A stretch of 50,152 nucleotides of DNA, the filler included, from Jimgerdemannia flammicorona (Eukaryota), in the NCBI GenBank assembly GCA_003990765.1. It is 2 parts of 2 records of this genome, joined end to end, with 100 filler letters (N's around TTAATTAATTAA, not from the genome) between each part and the next. Parts side by side here need not be neighbours in the genome. Positions count along the whole stretch, not along the records: positions 25,127 to 50,152 come from RBNJ01000891.1; 1 more part is not named here. One strand, given 5' to 3'. Shown piece by piece: positions 48,515 to 50,152 of the stretch. Numbering within the stretch: the first letter of the stretch is position 1; each line of letters opens with the position of its first letter. A model generated the notes under the pieces. That model saw only the letters and a list, made by a program, of their open reading frames with translations, did not search any database and was not told where the DNA came from. A program made the translations under genes and the position numbers.

Positions 48515-49950
48515 TTCCGCACGAAGGCTCCACTCTTCCGACCGACGCACCTCGCCGTATACCGCAAGGATCGCTACGACTGGGACCGGGACCGAGACCG
48601 GCATGATAACTGCCCGCGGTATGACGACGGCAGGAGGGACGTCGACGTGATCAAAGAGATACCGACCGGCCGCAGTACGACGAGAGGAGGGGGCAAGAGC
48701 AGGATCATGACCGGTACGATGACCGTGATCGATACAGAAATTGGGGATCGCGACACCGATTCGAGGGTGGAGTGGATAAGCGATATGACGATGGTAGGGA
48801 GACTCGGAGACAGGGAAGGAGAAGGCGGACAATGATAACCCGTCCAATGATCAGAGCGTGCCGGTATCGTTGGAGGAATTGATTGCAAAGGAGGAGGCGG
48901 AAAAGAGGGAAGCTGAAAAGGTTCGTAGGACGATATAATATCGTTTTTTATTTATTTATATTTTGCTGCGAGACAGCGGCGCATTTCGGTTAACCGATAC
49001 ACCATTCTCTGTTCTAACGTTTTGCAGCCGAAATTCTTCACCAAAGAAGAGCGCGCCAAACTAGCCTTGGAGAAGAGGCAGCAAGAGGTCGAAGAATTGT
49101 GGCGTAAACAAGAGCAGGAGAGGCATGTGCGCGATGAGTTTGACATGAAAGCGATGGAGGAGGCAAGGAATCACTATAATGTCCATATCCCCTTTCTTTG
49201 CCATCATTTATTAATGTCGAGGGTTCTGTCATTCCTACTGACAAGTTACTCTATTTGTCACATAGGGTGCGACCGGAGAAACCGCAACGATCGCGAGCAA
49301 CACTTCGAATGTGATTTCGGCCGTGAGAGGGATCGTAATGGGGAGAGATTAATGAGAGAGACAGACGCGAACCTCCAAAGACTCCCGCTGCGATGGAACT
49401 AGACGACGACAAGGAGGTACAGGTTATCAGGGTAAGATTTCGTCCCGCCGATTCAACTCTGCCAAACTTTAGCGGCTTTGTTTGATCATTTTCTTGCTAT
49501 CACCTCGTCTTTCCGCACGATCTTGACAAACGAACAGGAGCGCCACATGGACGGCGAGCGTCGCAAGCGTAAGATCCGCAAAATGAACGAGAAGGTCGTG
49601 TTCGACTGGGCGACCGACGAGGACACGTCGTACGACTTTAATCCGCTGTACGCGAACCAGCACGACGCGCGAATGTTTGGGCGCCGGCATTTCGCCGGCA
49701 TGAACATTAAGGACCAGATCAAGCAGCGGTTGGCTTTCTACAACCGCATGCTCGAGGAGCCTAGGACCGTGCTGAGGAGCTGATGGATATCGACCGCAAA
49801 GATACAGTGGGACGACAGGCACCGGTTCGAGAAACCGCTCGAGCATTATGAAGGAGAGCTCCTACGATCCTCGGCGTCATCGATCACGTCGGGTACAAAG
49901 AGCCAACCCTCATTCAAAGGTAGACGATTCCCATCGTCCTGCAAAACTGT
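48515..49950 (+). pseudogene. PRP28: Unprocessed, truncated pseudogene of the splicing DEAD-box helicase Prp28/DDX23
   Basis: RD/RS-rich start, VSLEELIAK, PKFFTKEERAKLALEKR, KRKIRKMNEK..FDW...DTSYDFNPLY, WDDRH.FEKPL, GYKEPT.IQR*TIPIVLQN (Q motif). Introns retained (48921-49027, 49432-49537). Frameshifts, a deletion and a stop at 49,921. Ends before motif I. The 5' boundary is approximate. Confidence 0.9.
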
Positions 49951-49951
49951 A

Positions 49952-50120
49952 GGCCTATTGGCTAAGATCAAGTGTAGTATCTGTTCTTAATAGTTTAACA
50001 ACTATTATATGGATCAATGATCCGTTGTTTGTTAATCTTATTTTTGAACCTGGGTCCTGAGCTCCGGCTTGCCGTCTCAGGCTCACAGGTGTCCCCGGGT
50101 ATCGCACTACCTCAGGGGAG
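49952..50120 (+). ncRNA. U2: U2 snRNA, lacking roughly the first 10 nt (probable pseudogene copy)
   Basis: GGCCTATTGGCTAAGATCAAGTGTAGTATCTGTTCTT with branch-site recognition GTAGTA. Stems IIa and IIb, Sm site ATTTTTG (50040-50046), SL III (50048-50090), SL IV with loop ATCGCACT. Confidence 0.93.
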
Positions 50121-50152
50121 GTTTTTTTTTTTTATTATTAATCAAAGAATTT

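Noticed and set aside
49952..50120. U2 as the target site of a Keno/Utopia-type U2-specific LINE
   Set aside because: No LINE sequence, poly(A) or TSD adjoins or interrupts this U2.

Overview
Eukaryotic, fungal-type genomic window (short GT-AG introns; an early-diverging/Mucoromycota-like lineage is my inference only) with two sharply different domains. (1) 1-39,470 is a CpG-depleted graveyard of transposons decayed by C>T/G>A changes. It holds two minus-strand Ty3/Gypsy-type LTR loci, one encoding gag, protease, an unusual insert, a dUTPase and an extra ORF. It also holds three long and three 5'-truncated copies of an L1/Tx1-like APE-RT LINE family, two copies of a ~1.2-kb poly(A)-tailed non-autonomous retroposon, and a foldback/MITE. 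An artificial 100-bp scaffold spacer (N44-TTAATTAATTAA-N44) at 25,027-25,126 means the two sides may not be truly adjacent. (2) 39,471-50,152 is CpG-rich gene space. It has an intact 8-exon ORC1 (-) head-to-head with a 3-exon DEK-C/SWIB (UAF30/Tri1-like) gene (+). Beyond these lie a hammerhead ribozyme with a competing upstream hairpin, a G-rich minisatellite, and an intron-retaining PRP28 pseudogene fused directly to a 5'-clipped U2 snRNA. Best candidates for novelty: the switchable, dual-fold hammerhead at ~47.65 kb; the PRP28::U2 junction; the Gypsy pol with an F-box-like/Cys-His insert plus dUTPase; and the 1.2-kb SINE-like family. All calls were made by eye without database searches.
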